Assembly: GCA_963798845.1 (NCBI GenBank)
Contig: CAWCUS010000005.1
Span: 320,001-384,000, forward strand
From: an uncultured Gemmatimonadales bacterium
GTDB lineage: Bacteria > Gemmatimonadota > Gemmatimonadetes > Longimicrobiales > RSA9
Length of the DNA stretch: 64,000 bases
Direction: 5' to 3'
In this document: one piece after another, positions 20,776 through 29,934 of the stretch
Position numbering within the stretch: the stretch's first letter is position 1
Layout: every line of letters starts with the position of its first letter
Position numbers and translations under genes: made by a program
Notes under the pieces: generated by a model
Database searches by the model: none
What the model was told of the DNA's origin: nothing
Seen by the model: only the letters and a program-made list of their open reading frames with translations

Positions 20776-21993
20776 TCACTCGTCGCCGGGAACCGGGAAG
20801 CGCTGGGCGGCCCAGGTCGCGGTGACGCCGTGGACCGTGACGGACGCGGCGATGACCAGGCTGGTGATGTTCCACAGCCCGTGAACGCCGAGGCGGCGCG
20901 TCGCCAGGAACGTGTAGTAGATCGACGCCACGCCGATCGGGCCGAACCACCCCACGAAGAGGATCTGCGGGAGCGTCCTGATCCGCGGCATGGCGGGGGC
21001 CAGGGCGAAGGTCGCCGGGAGGCGGCGGAGGAAGAGGACGGAGGCCGCGAACGCGAAACCCTTCCACCCCAGGGCGGCCCACGCGCCGAACGGCAGCGTG
21101 GCCCCGAGCACGATGAACACCGGCGTCGTGAAGAAGCGGGTCACGGCTTCCTGGACCCGCTTTTTCGATTCGTCCGCTTCGGTGACCTGGCGATCGAACG
21201 CGAGGCCGCCGGCGAACACGGCCAGGATGTCGTCGCTCCCGATGAGCTTCGCGGCGCCGAGGATGATGAGGGCGAGGGCAAGGCTGTACATGAGGATGGT
21301 GGGCGGATCCATGTGCTCGCTGCTGTCCGCCCACTCCCACGCCCGACCGGCGACGTAGCCGAGACCGGCCCCCACGGCCACCGCCGCGCCCACCTCCCAG
21401 AGCACCACCCGCACGAACCACTCGTACGGCACCGCGGCGACGCCGTCGCGGAGGACCACGATCGAGAGCAGGACGAGCGGGAGCGCAAGGCCGTCGTTGA
21501 GCCCTGACTCGGCCGAAAGGCTGTGGCGCACGTCTTCGGGCACCCGCTCCTCGGCCACGTGCCCGGTGACGATTGCCGACGCGATCACCGGGTCCGTGGG
21601 GGCCAGGATCGCCCCGACCAGCGCCGCGACCCAGAACGGGAGGCCGAGAATCCACCAGGCGAGGAGGGCCGTGACGGCCCACGCCACCGGCATGACCCCC
21701 GCGAGCAGGAGCGCCAGCGGCCGCTTCAACGCAGCCATGGCGCCGCGGGGGAGACGCATGGCGATCTCCACCAGGCCGAACGCGAGGGTGAAGCGCGCCA
21801 CCTGCTCGAGGAGAACGTCGTGATTCGCCCAGTTCTCGGGCGTGACGGCGCCCGTCACCGGGCCGAGCAGGATCCCGGCGATCATCGCCGTGAGCGGGCC
21901 CGCCACGAACGTGCGGGAGAAGACGGAAGCGAACAGCCCGATGAGCAGGACGGCAAGGCCGGCGAACGCCAGGATCTGGTTCAGCTCGTTCAA
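20776..21993 (-). CDS. CPA1/NhaP-type cation:proton antiporter
   Basis: Many TM segments; motifs LAPTDPV, AESGLNDG, GWFGPIG; TTG start inferred. Confidence 0.88.
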   Translation of the reverse strand: MNELNQILAFAGLAVLLIGLFASVFSRTFVAGPLTAMIAGILLGPVTGAVTPENWANHDVLLEQVARFTLAFGLVEIAMRLPRGAMAALKRPLALLLAGVMPVAWAVTALLAWWILGLPFWVAALVGAILAPTDPVIASAIVTGHVAEERVPEDVRHSLSAESGLNDGLALPLVLLSIVVLRDGVAAVPYEWFVRVVLWEVGAAVAVGAGLGYVAGRAWEWADSSEHMDPPTILMYSLALALIILGAAKLIGSDDILAVFAGGLAFDRQVTEADESKKRVQEAVTRFFTTPVFIVLGATLPFGAWAALGWKGFAFAASVLFLRRLPATFALAPAMPRIRTLPQILFVGWFGPIGVASIYYTFLATRRLGVHGLWNITSLVIAASVTVHGVTATWAAQRFPVPGDE

Positions 21994-22125
21994 CGCCCCG
22001 AAGCTCCAGTGCGGTCGGTCTCCATGAGCGCGCGTCCGCTGCAAGGACCGGACGACGGGAGCGTGATGAGGCCGTAGCGGTGAAAGGCTGTGGCGCCGGG
22101 GTCCCCGGCAGGCGAGGCGGTTGGG

Positions 22126-22506
22126 CTAGCGGGTCGCCACGACCCTCCGGCCACAGCCGGCGAGGCGGGTGACGGTGGCCACCAGGTCGGAAAACACCGG
22201 CGGTTTCACGAAGACGGCGGCGTGGTTGGGCTCGGCCGCACCCAGCTCCTCGGCGAGCGCGCGGGCGGTCACCACCACGAAGGGGATGGCGGCCGTGCGA
22301 GGGTCTGCCTGGAGCGCCGCGTGGAGCGTCGTGCCATCCGCCAGCTGGAGGGGGTGCTCGCCCACGATCACCGCCGGCCCGTCGCGCAACGCCGCGGCGA
22401 GGGCGGCGTCCGCATCGGCGGCGGTGACCACGTCATGGCCGGCCGCTCCGAGGAAGAGGGAGAGGATCGTCCGCATGTCGCGATCTGGGTCGACGACGAG
22501 AATCAC
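22126..22506 (-). CDS. Single-domain response regulator (atypical receiver)
   Basis: ILVVDPDRDMR...GHDVVTAAD...DPRTAAIPFVVVTA...FVKP; the phospho-Asp position appears to be Glu; start uncertain. Confidence 0.7.
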   Translation of the reverse strand: MILVVDPDRDMRTILSLFLGAAGHDVVTAADADAALAAALRDGPAVIVGEHPLQLADGTTLHAALQADPRTAAIPFVVVTARALAEELGAAEPNHAAVFVKPPVFSDLVATVTRLAGCGRRVVATR

Positions 22507-22749
22507 CGGAGTCCCCGGCTGTGAAGGAAGCCGCCGCGGCGAGGGCCGCCGGCGGCCAGGGTGGCCACTCGACAAAAATAGAATCGTGCGTCGGCCGGCG
22601 CCATGACGACGTTGCCCCGGCCGGACCCGGAGTCGACTCGCCTGCGACCGTTGGGACGCCGCCGATGTCCCCGCCCCGGCTTGCCCCGGCGCCGCGGCCG
22701 CCGGACATTGTCGCGGACACCAGCCCGCGAACTGCCCGGAGGACCGATC

Positions 22750-24744
22750 ATGACGATGAAGGAGTCGCCCCGCATCCCGCTGCTCCCGACCTCCCTCGCC
22801 CTCGTCGCCGCGCTCCTGGCGCCCTGCGCCGCGGCGGCGCAGCAGCCCTCCGGACTGCCCAGCGAGACGCCGGAACGCTTCACCCCCGTCACCTCCAGCT
22901 TCGACTACGAGCGCCGCGACGTCATGGTCCCGATGCGCGACGGGGAGAAGCTCCACACCGTGATCCTCGTGCCGAAGGGGGCGACGCGCGCGCCCATCCT
23001 GCTGACGCGCACGCCGTACAACGCCACCGCGCTGACGAGCCACGCGGCGAGCCCGAACCTGGGGCCGATCCTCCAGGGCTACGACAACGCCACCGACGTG
23101 ATCGTGGACGGCGGCTACGTCCGCGTGGTTCAGGACATCCGGGGAAAGTGGGGGTCCGAGGGCGACTACGTCATGAACCGCCCGCTGGTGGGCCCGCTCA
23201 ATCCCACCGAAGTGGACGAGTCGACCGACACCTACGACACCATCGACTGGCTGATCAGGAACATCCCCGAGAGCAACGGCCGCGTCGGCATCCTGGGCAT
23301 CTCCTACGACGGCTTTCTCCCGCTGATGGCGCTGGTGAACCCGCACCCGGCGCTGAAGGTGGCCGTGCCGATGAACCCGATGGTGGACGGCTGGCGCGGC
23401 GATGACTGGTTCCACAACGGCGCCTTCCGGCAGCAGATGATGCCCTACGTGTACGAGCAGGAAGCGTCGCGTACGAACGACTACGCCTGGTGGAGCGGCC
23501 ACTACGACGACTACGACCTCTACATGGAGGCCGGGTCGGCGGGCGCGCTGGCGAAGAGCCACGGGCTGGATCAGGTGGGTTTCTGGAGGAAGATCGTCGC
23601 CCACCCGACCTACGACGCGTGGTGGCAGCAGCAGGCCATGGACAGCATCCTCGGCGCGCAGCCGCTGACGGTGCCGGTGATGCTGGTGCACAGCCTGTGG
23701 GACCAGGAGGACATCTACGGCGCCCCCGCGGTCTACGACGCGATCGAGGCGAAGGACGCCCACAACGACATGGTCTACCTGGTCATGGGACCGTGGCACC
23801 ACGGCGGCGAGATCGGCGACGGCAGCACCCTCGGCGCGCTCCGCTTCGGCAGCGATACCGGCCTCTTCTTCCGCCAGCACGTCCTCGCCCCGTTCCTCGC
23901 CCGCTACCTGAAGGACGATGGAACGACCGCGACCGATGGCGACATGGGCGGCCTGGCCGACCAGGACGTCGCGCCCGTGACCGCCTTCGTGACCGGGGAG
24001 AACCGCTGGGAGCGGCTCCCCGCGTGGCCGGCCGGGTGCGCCTCCGGGTGCGCCGTGACGCCCACCCCGCTTTACCTGGAGCCGGAGCTGAAGCTGGGCT
24101 TCGACGCGCCGCGGAAAGGCGCCGCCGCCTACGACGAGTACGTCAGCGACCCGTCCAGGCCGGTGCCCTACCAGCCGCGGCCCAGCAGGCCCGCCAGCGG
24201 GCCCGTGTGGCAGGACTGGCTGGTGACCGACCAGCGCCCCGCGTCCGGGAGGCCGGATGTGCTCACGTACGTTTCCGACGTGCTGACGGACCCGGTGCGG
24301 ATCGCGGGCCGGCCCGCGGCCAACCTGGTGGCGTCCACCAGCGGGACCGACTCCGACTGGGTGGTCAAGCTGATCGACGTGTACCCGGACGAAGTGGCGG
24401 AGCAGCCGGAGATGGGCGGGTTCCAGCTCATGGTCTCGGGCGACATCTTCCGCGGCCGCTACCGCGAGAGCCTCTCACGGCCGGAGCCGATCGCGGCGGG
24501 CAAGCCGCTGACGTACAGGTTCGCGCTGCCCACGGCGAACCACGTCTTCCGGCCGGGGCACCGGATCATGGTGCAGGTGCAGTCGAGCTGGTTCCCGCTC
24601 TACGACCGCAACCCGCAGACGTTCGTGGAGAGCATCTTCGACGCTCAGCCGGACGATTTCGTGAAGGCGACCCAGCGCGTCTGGCACGCGCCGGGCAGCG
24701 CCAGCTTCATCGCGCTCCCGCTGGTGGTGCCGCCGGGGCGGTAA
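22750..24744 (+). CDS. CocE/NonD family hydrolase (alpha-amino acid ester hydrolase / glutaryl-7-ACA acylase-like)
   Basis: Motifs PMRDGEKL, RTPY, QDIRGKWGSEG, GISYDG, DDWFHNGAFR, GPWHH, WFPLYDRNPQ. Confidence 0.9.
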   Translation: MTMKESPRIPLLPTSLALVAALLAPCAAAAQQPSGLPSETPERFTPVTSSFDYERRDVMVPMRDGEKLHTVILVPKGATRAPILLTRTPYNATALTSHAASPNLGPILQGYDNATDVIVDGGYVRVVQDIRGKWGSEGDYVMNRPLVGPLNPTEVDESTDTYDTIDWLIRNIPESNGRVGILGISYDGFLPLMALVNPHPALKVAVPMNPMVDGWRGDDWFHNGAFRQQMMPYVYEQEASRTNDYAWWSGHYDDYDLYMEAGSAGALAKSHGLDQVGFWRKIVAHPTYDAWWQQQAMDSILGAQPLTVPVMLVHSLWDQEDIYGAPAVYDAIEAKDAHNDMVYLVMGPWHHGGEIGDGSTLGALRFGSDTGLFFRQHVLAPFLARYLKDDGTTATDGDMGGLADQDVAPVTAFVTGENRWERLPAWPAGCASGCAVTPTPLYLEPELKLGFDAPRKGAAAYDEYVSDPSRPVPYQPRPSRPASGPVWQDWLVTDQRPASGRPDVLTYVSDVLTDPVRIAGRPAANLVASTSGTDSDWVVKLIDVYPDEVAEQPEMGGFQLMVSGDIFRGRYRESLSRPEPIAAGKPLTYRFALPTANHVFRPGHRIMVQVQSSWFPLYDRNPQTFVESIFDAQPDDFVKATQRVWHAPGSASFIALPLVVPPGR

Positions 24745-24792
24745 GGCGCGCCAGGCGGAGCCGTGCTCTGACGCGCCGGCCCCCGGCTCACA

Positions 24793-25743
24793 TCAGCGGG
24801 ACCGGAGCCACTCCAGGACGGTGCGGTCGAACGCTTCCGGCTGCTCGATCATGGAGAGGTGCCCGGCGTCGTCGATCGCTCTGAGCGTGGCGTTCGGGAT
24901 CCGCTTCGCCCCTTCCTCGAACACCGCCCGCGCGAAGCCAGGGTGGAGATAGGGGTTGGGGATGAGCTGGTCGTGCTCCCCGTAGACGATCAGCGTGGGC
25001 TGCCGGATGCGGTCCAGGTAGCCGGTGGTCGGCTCGTCGATCATGGCGGCCACGCTCTTCCGCACCGCGTCGGCGAAGCGGTCGAACTCGTCCGACTTCG
25101 CGAGCCTCGCCCGCTCTTCGACCATCCATTCCAGGCGGTCGTCCCAGGCGTTGAAGTTGAGGGAGAGGTTCCGGCGGATCGCATCCTCCGGCGTCTTCCG
25201 GATCGCTTCGATGGTGTACACGTTCCGAAGCCACCTGGCCTCGCCCGGCCCGAAGGTCTCGATCCCGGCGGGGTCCACGAGCACGAGCCGGTCCACCGCT
25301 TCGGGAAACTCGAGCGCGGCGATCATGGCGATCTGGCCGCCCATCGACTGCCCGACCAGCGTCACGTTCTCGAGATGGAGATCGTCGATGAGCCGGCGGA
25401 GGGTCGCCGCCTGGAAGCTGAGCGAGTAGGAGTAGTCGCCGCTCTTCTGGGAGCGGCCGTAGCCCGGCAGGTCCACCGCGACGACGCGGTAATGCTCCGC
25501 CAGCGCCGCAATGTTGTAGCGCCAGAAGCCCAGGTTCGAGGCGAGCCCGTGGACGAGGATGAGCGTCTCGGGTCCCGAGCCTTCATCCACGTAGGCCACC
25601 CGCGGGTTCTCCAGCGCGTAGCGCACGGGGAAGCCGTAGTCGAGCTCCGAGAACGGGAGCGGCTCGGCGTCCCGATACCGGAAGCCACCCACGCAGCCGG
25701 CCAGGCCAAGGGCGGCGGTCAGCACAAGCAGGGTGTGTCGCAT
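24793..25743 (-). CDS. Alpha/beta-hydrolase lipoprotein
   Basis: Lipobox LAGC; LVHGL, DLPGYG, GQSMGG nucleophile elbow, AGHL. Confidence 0.87.
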   Translation of the reverse strand: MRHTLLVLTAALGLAGCVGGFRYRDAEPLPFSELDYGFPVRYALENPRVAYVDEGSGPETLILVHGLASNLGFWRYNIAALAEHYRVVAVDLPGYGRSQKSGDYSYSLSFQAATLRRLIDDLHLENVTLVGQSMGGQIAMIAALEFPEAVDRLVLVDPAGIETFGPGEARWLRNVYTIEAIRKTPEDAIRRNLSLNFNAWDDRLEWMVEERARLAKSDEFDRFADAVRKSVAAMIDEPTTGYLDRIRQPTLIVYGEHDQLIPNPYLHPGFARAVFEEGAKRIPNATLRAIDDAGHLSMIEQPEAFDRTVLEWLRSR

Positions 25744-25754
25744 GGTCCGCCTCA

Positions 25755-27329
25755 TCAGAACATGAGCCAGCTGAGGGTGAAGAACACCGTCCACGGATCG
25801 TCCGGACGGCCGGGCTGGTCGGAGAGCGTGACGCCGGGTGCGTCGTAGAAGTCACCCAGCTTCAGGTACGCGGCGCTCAGACCGGCGGTCAGGAAGACCT
25901 TCAGGTTGTACTTCGCCTCGAAGTTCACCTCGGTCCCTATGTAGCTGCCGCCGCCGGACGGGGTGATGTTGGACACCGCCGAGGCGAGGCCGACCTTCGT
26001 GTTGAAGCGGTTGGGTATCCAGTCGCGGGCCAGGTTCATCGACCCGCCCGTGACGCCGAGCCCCATGTTCGAGATGTCGTGGACGGCCGAGTAGTACCGG
26101 TTCACGACCTGAGGGTCCGGGAACAGGAGGAAGGCCCGGTGGGCGCTGTAGATGCCCACGGGCGAGCCCCACACGTTTCCGGTGATCACGCTGTTGACCT
26201 TGCCATCCGTCACCCCGTTGCCGTCGCCGGTGGTGAAGATGAGCTCGGCCCAGGCCTTGTCCCCGGAGGTCATGCCCCAGCGGTAGGCGAGGGACGCGTT
26301 GGCGGCCAGACCGAGGATGTCGGCGGCGTGCCCGAAGTCGCCTGCGGCCAGCGTGTCCACCACGCCCACGTTGGCGATGGCGAACGCGTCGGCCCACCAG
26401 CGGCCCTCGAGGAACTCGCGGTTGTACGCCACCCGGCCGCCGAGCCACCCGATGTCGGCGTGGTAGTGCGTGGGGATGTCGAGCTGTACCGCGCCGTTGT
26501 ACTCGGCGAGCTGGCTGGAGAGGCCCTGGCTCAGGATGGAGATCCCGCCCGCGCCCTCGCCGCGATCGCGCAGGTACCAGGCGTCGAGCCCCACTTCCAG
26601 CCTGGGCGCCAGGTGGGTGTCGACGTCGCCCATGAGGAGGATGACGTCGTCGTCCTTCCCCACCAGGTTCTCCCACAGCTGGTAGAAGCCCAATCGGCCG
26701 CGCACGCCGGGTCGGATGACGCCGAACAGGTTCGCCCCGACGGCGTTGGTGCCCCAGAACGCGAGCTTGTAGCCGCTGAGCTGCGCGGTCTGGAGGGAGA
26801 TGTTGTTGGGGTCGTAAGCGTTGTCGTACAGGCGCTGGAGCCCCACCACGACGTTCCAGGGCGCGTCCTTCGGGTGCAGGTCCACGTTGGCCATGAGCGT
26901 CTGCAGGTTGATCTGCGCGCCGTTGATCCCGCCGCCGCGGTTCCCGCCCACTCCGTACGCCTGGTCGCCCCAGGTGTAGTCGATCTTGAACATGGTCCGG
27001 AAGGTGGCGAATCCGTCGAGTATCGCCGGCCGGTAGACCAGGTAGGGGACGTAGCGCTGCTCCACGTAGCTGGCCACGCGCGGGATCGTCTCCGTGGAGT
27101 TGCGGCCGAACAGACGGCCGATCACCTGGCCCTGGAGGATCTCGTTGGTGGGGGCGACGTTGGAGCCGGTCGCCCGGGTGAAGCTGTAGCCGATGAACGT
27201 CCACTCCTTCGGCACCGAGTCCTTCACCGCCGCGAGGCTGTCGAGCCGGGCGTGGAGGCCGCCCAGCTGCGCGCTGGCGGGGGAGGCCGCGACGACCAGC
27301 ATCAGCGCCGTCGCCTTCAGAATCCGCAT
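25755..27329 (-). CDS. Putative outer-membrane beta-barrel (porin-like) protein
   Basis: Signal peptide, amphipathic beta-strands, GTEVN motif, aromatic C-terminus WLMF. Confidence 0.6.
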   Translation of the reverse strand: MRILKATALMLVVAASPASAQLGGLHARLDSLAAVKDSVPKEWTFIGYSFTRATGSNVAPTNEILQGQVIGRLFGRNSTETIPRVASYVEQRYVPYLVYRPAILDGFATFRTMFKIDYTWGDQAYGVGGNRGGGINGAQINLQTLMANVDLHPKDAPWNVVVGLQRLYDNAYDPNNISLQTAQLSGYKLAFWGTNAVGANLFGVIRPGVRGRLGFYQLWENLVGKDDDVILLMGDVDTHLAPRLEVGLDAWYLRDRGEGAGGISILSQGLSSQLAEYNGAVQLDIPTHYHADIGWLGGRVAYNREFLEGRWWADAFAIANVGVVDTLAAGDFGHAADILGLAANASLAYRWGMTSGDKAWAELIFTTGDGNGVTDGKVNSVITGNVWGSPVGIYSAHRAFLLFPDPQVVNRYYSAVHDISNMGLGVTGGSMNLARDWIPNRFNTKVGLASAVSNITPSGGGSYIGTEVNFEAKYNLKVFLTAGLSAAYLKLGDFYDAPGVTLSDQPGRPDDPWTVFFTLSWLMF

Positions 27330-27437
27330 TTTCTCACGCTCGCCGTTGAGGGGAGTTCAGGATTCCCGCGCGCGGGGTGGGGTGCGCCGGACCGGCGCAT
27401 CCCCACCCGCCTCCGCGCGCGACGGATTCGATCCAGG

Positions 27438-27932
27438 TCAGCGCTTCTGGTAGTGCTGCACGTACGCGTCGGTGCTCTGGCCCGCGATGGTCGTGCTGCC
27501 GAAGCCGCCGGCCACGGTGGGCGCGGTGACGCCCTGGAGCGCCGGCTCCACCTGGATCACCTCGTACGCCATGCGGCTCCCGGTCACCTGGAAGATCCCC
27601 TGCGCCGTGAGGGCGCTCGGCTGGATCTGGTTGGCGACCACGGACCGGATCTGCCCCTCCGGCTGGGTGCCGGCCTGCCACGTGCCGGTCAGCGTCGCCT
27701 GGCTGCCGCCGGCGTAGTTGATCACCGTGTAGGTCTGGTCCTCGTTGAAGGTGGCCAGGATGCTGTCCACGCCCACCGCCGCGAGACCCGGGGCGACGTC
27801 GGCGCCCTTCGACACCCACGTGCCCACCAGCTCGTCCGCCTGCTGCTCGTTGTCCGTCGAGTCCTCGCTCCCGCACGCCGCCAGGCCGAGCCCGGCCAGC
27901 ACCAGCACCGCAAGCACCACGTTCTTCCTCAT
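27438..27932 (-). CDS. Hypothetical lipoprotein (lipocalin-like)
   Basis: RBS GGAGGGG; lipobox LAAC; LVGTWVS motif. Confidence 0.7.
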   Translation of the reverse strand: MRKNVVLAVLVLAGLGLAACGSEDSTDNEQQADELVGTWVSKGADVAPGLAAVGVDSILATFNEDQTYTVINYAGGSQATLTGTWQAGTQPEGQIRSVVANQIQPSALTAQGIFQVTGSRMAYEVIQVEPALQGVTAPTVAGGFGSTTIAGQSTDAYVQHYQKR

Positions 27933-27967
27933 GTGACTCCCCTCCGTTGATTGAATACGACTCCGCT

Positions 27968-28396
27968 TCATGCACGCCTCGGCATGACCACCGACTCACC
28001 TTCCGCCACCACCGTGCCGTCCTGGTTCACGCACCGCGTCGCCAGCGTGACGCGGTTGCGCTCGCGCTCGAGCGCCGCCACCTCCGCGCGCGCCGTGACG
28101 GTGTCGCCGAGATGCACCGGCGCGGTGAAGCGCAGGCTCTGCGACACGTAGATCACGCCCGGCCCCGGCAGCTTCATGCCGATGACCGTGGAGATGAAGG
28201 CGGCCGTGAGGATGCCGTGAGCGATGCGCTGGCCGAAGCGCGACGAAGCGGCCGCCACGGCGTCCACGTGCACGGGGTTGAAGTCGCCGGTGATCCCGGC
28301 GAACGCGTACACGTCGCTCTCGGACACCGTCTTGGTGAACTCCGCCGCCTGCCCCACCTCCAGCCGGTCGATGGTCAGGCCGTCCATCCTGTCCAT
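27968..28396 (-). CDS. MaoC/PhaJ-like (R)-specific enoyl-CoA hydratase
   Basis: Hydratase-2 motif FAGITGDFNPVH; RIAHG, LPGPG, QSLRFTAPV. Confidence 0.92.
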   Translation of the reverse strand: MDRMDGLTIDRLEVGQAAEFTKTVSESDVYAFAGITGDFNPVHVDAVAAASSRFGQRIAHGILTAAFISTVIGMKLPGPGVIYVSQSLRFTAPVHLGDTVTARAEVAALERERNRVTLATRCVNQDGTVVAEGESVVMPRRA

Positions 28397-28397
28397 C

Positions 28398-29927
28398 TCA
28401 CACCCCTCCCGCGCGCGCCCGCTCGCGCAAAGCCTTCTTCAGCACCTTGCCGCTGTCCCCACGCGGCAGCTCGTCCAGGAACACCACCTGCTTCGGCATC
28501 TTGTACCTCGCCAGGCGACCCACGCAGTACCCGATCAGCTCCTCGCCCGTGAGCGACGACCCGGGCTCCACCACCACGTACGCCCGCCCGACCTCGCCCC
28601 ACTTCTCGTCCGGCACCCCCACCACCGCCACCTCGCGCACCGCAGCGTGCGTGCGGAGGAATTGCTCGACCTCGGCCGGGTAGACGTTCTCCCCGCCGCT
28701 CTTGTACATGTCCTTCTTGCGGTCGACCACGTAGAAGAAGCCGTCCTCGTCGCGGCGAACCAGGTCGCCGGTGTGGAACCAGCCGTCCCGGATCGCGTCC
28801 GCTGTGGCGGCGGGGTTCCGCCAGTAGCCGGGCGTGCACACCGGTCCACGCAGCACCAGCTCGCCCACATCGTCCGGACCGAGCGGCCGGTCGGCGTCGT
28901 CCACCACACGGGCGTCGATGTAGAAGTTGGGGAAGCCGATGGAGCCGATCTTCCGCTCCGCGTGCTCCTCGTTCAGGCTGAACACGTTGGGCCCGAACTC
29001 GGTGAGGCCGTAGCCCTGTCGGATCGGCACGCCACGGGCGTGCCAGAGGCGGATCAGCTCCAGCGGCATCGACTCGCCCCCCACGATGGCGTAGCGCACA
29101 CGAGCGAAATCGGTGGCTTCGAACTCCGGCGAGCGGCGCAGCATCTCCATGATGGTGGGCAGACCGAACAGAATGGTGACGCCCTCGTCGGCCACCAGCT
29201 CCAGGATGCGGTCGGCGTCGAACCTGGGCAGCAGGATCAGCTTCGCGCCCCTGTGGAGGAAGGGGGTGGTCAGGACGTTCCAGCCGCCCGTGTGGAAGAA
29301 GGGCGTGTACGTCAGCGTGACGTCGTTCTGCACCAGGTTCAGCCGCAGCGTGGTGTTCACGCTGTTCCAGAAGAGCATGCCGTTGGTGATGAGCGCGCCC
29401 TTCGGCTTGCCCGTGGTGCCGGAGGTGTAGAGCAGCATGCACGGAGCCTCGAAGCCGCCCGGCACCGGCACGGGGTCGGATGACAGCGTCTCGTCGGCCA
29501 GCCGCGCGGCCCAGCCCTCGTCGCCGTCGAAGTGGAGGCGGCGCGCGGGCACGACGGCGTCGGAGATGGCCGCCACGACGTCGTCGTACTGGCGCTGGTG
29601 GATCAGGACGGCGGGCTCCGCGTCCGACAGGATCCAGTCGAGCTCCCGTGGCGCCAGGCGGTAGTTCAGCGGGAGGAGGATGGCGCCCAGCTTCTGGCAC
29701 GCGAACAGGAGCAGCACGTACTCCGGCTCGTTCATGGACAGCACGGCCACGCGGTCACCCGCCCGCACCCCGAGCTGGTCCGCGAGCACCCGCGCGCCCC
29801 GGTCGATCAGGCGGCGGCAGCCGGCGTACGTGAAGCGCCGGCCCGTGGCGTCGTCCTGGAGCGCCACGGCGTCCGGGCTGTACTCCGCCCACTTCTGGAA
29901 CCAGTCCACCCTCGGCTCGACGTCCAT
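28398..29927 (-). CDS. Acyl-CoA synthetase (AMP-forming, FadD/MenE-like)
   Basis: Motifs YTSGTTGKPKG, QGYGLTE, GWFHTGD, DRKKDMYKSGGENVYPAEVE, GKVLK. Confidence 0.93.
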   Translation of the reverse strand: MDVEPRVDWFQKWAEYSPDAVALQDDATGRRFTYAGCRRLIDRGARVLADQLGVRAGDRVAVLSMNEPEYVLLLFACQKLGAILLPLNYRLAPRELDWILSDAEPAVLIHQRQYDDVVAAISDAVVPARRLHFDGDEGWAARLADETLSSDPVPVPGGFEAPCMLLYTSGTTGKPKGALITNGMLFWNSVNTTLRLNLVQNDVTLTYTPFFHTGGWNVLTTPFLHRGAKLILLPRFDADRILELVADEGVTILFGLPTIMEMLRRSPEFEATDFARVRYAIVGGESMPLELIRLWHARGVPIRQGYGLTEFGPNVFSLNEEHAERKIGSIGFPNFYIDARVVDDADRPLGPDDVGELVLRGPVCTPGYWRNPAATADAIRDGWFHTGDLVRRDEDGFFYVVDRKKDMYKSGGENVYPAEVEQFLRTHAAVREVAVVGVPDEKWGEVGRAYVVVEPGSSLTGEELIGYCVGRLARYKMPKQVVFLDELPRGDSGKVLKKALRERARAGGV

Positions 29928-29934
29928 CGCTCCT

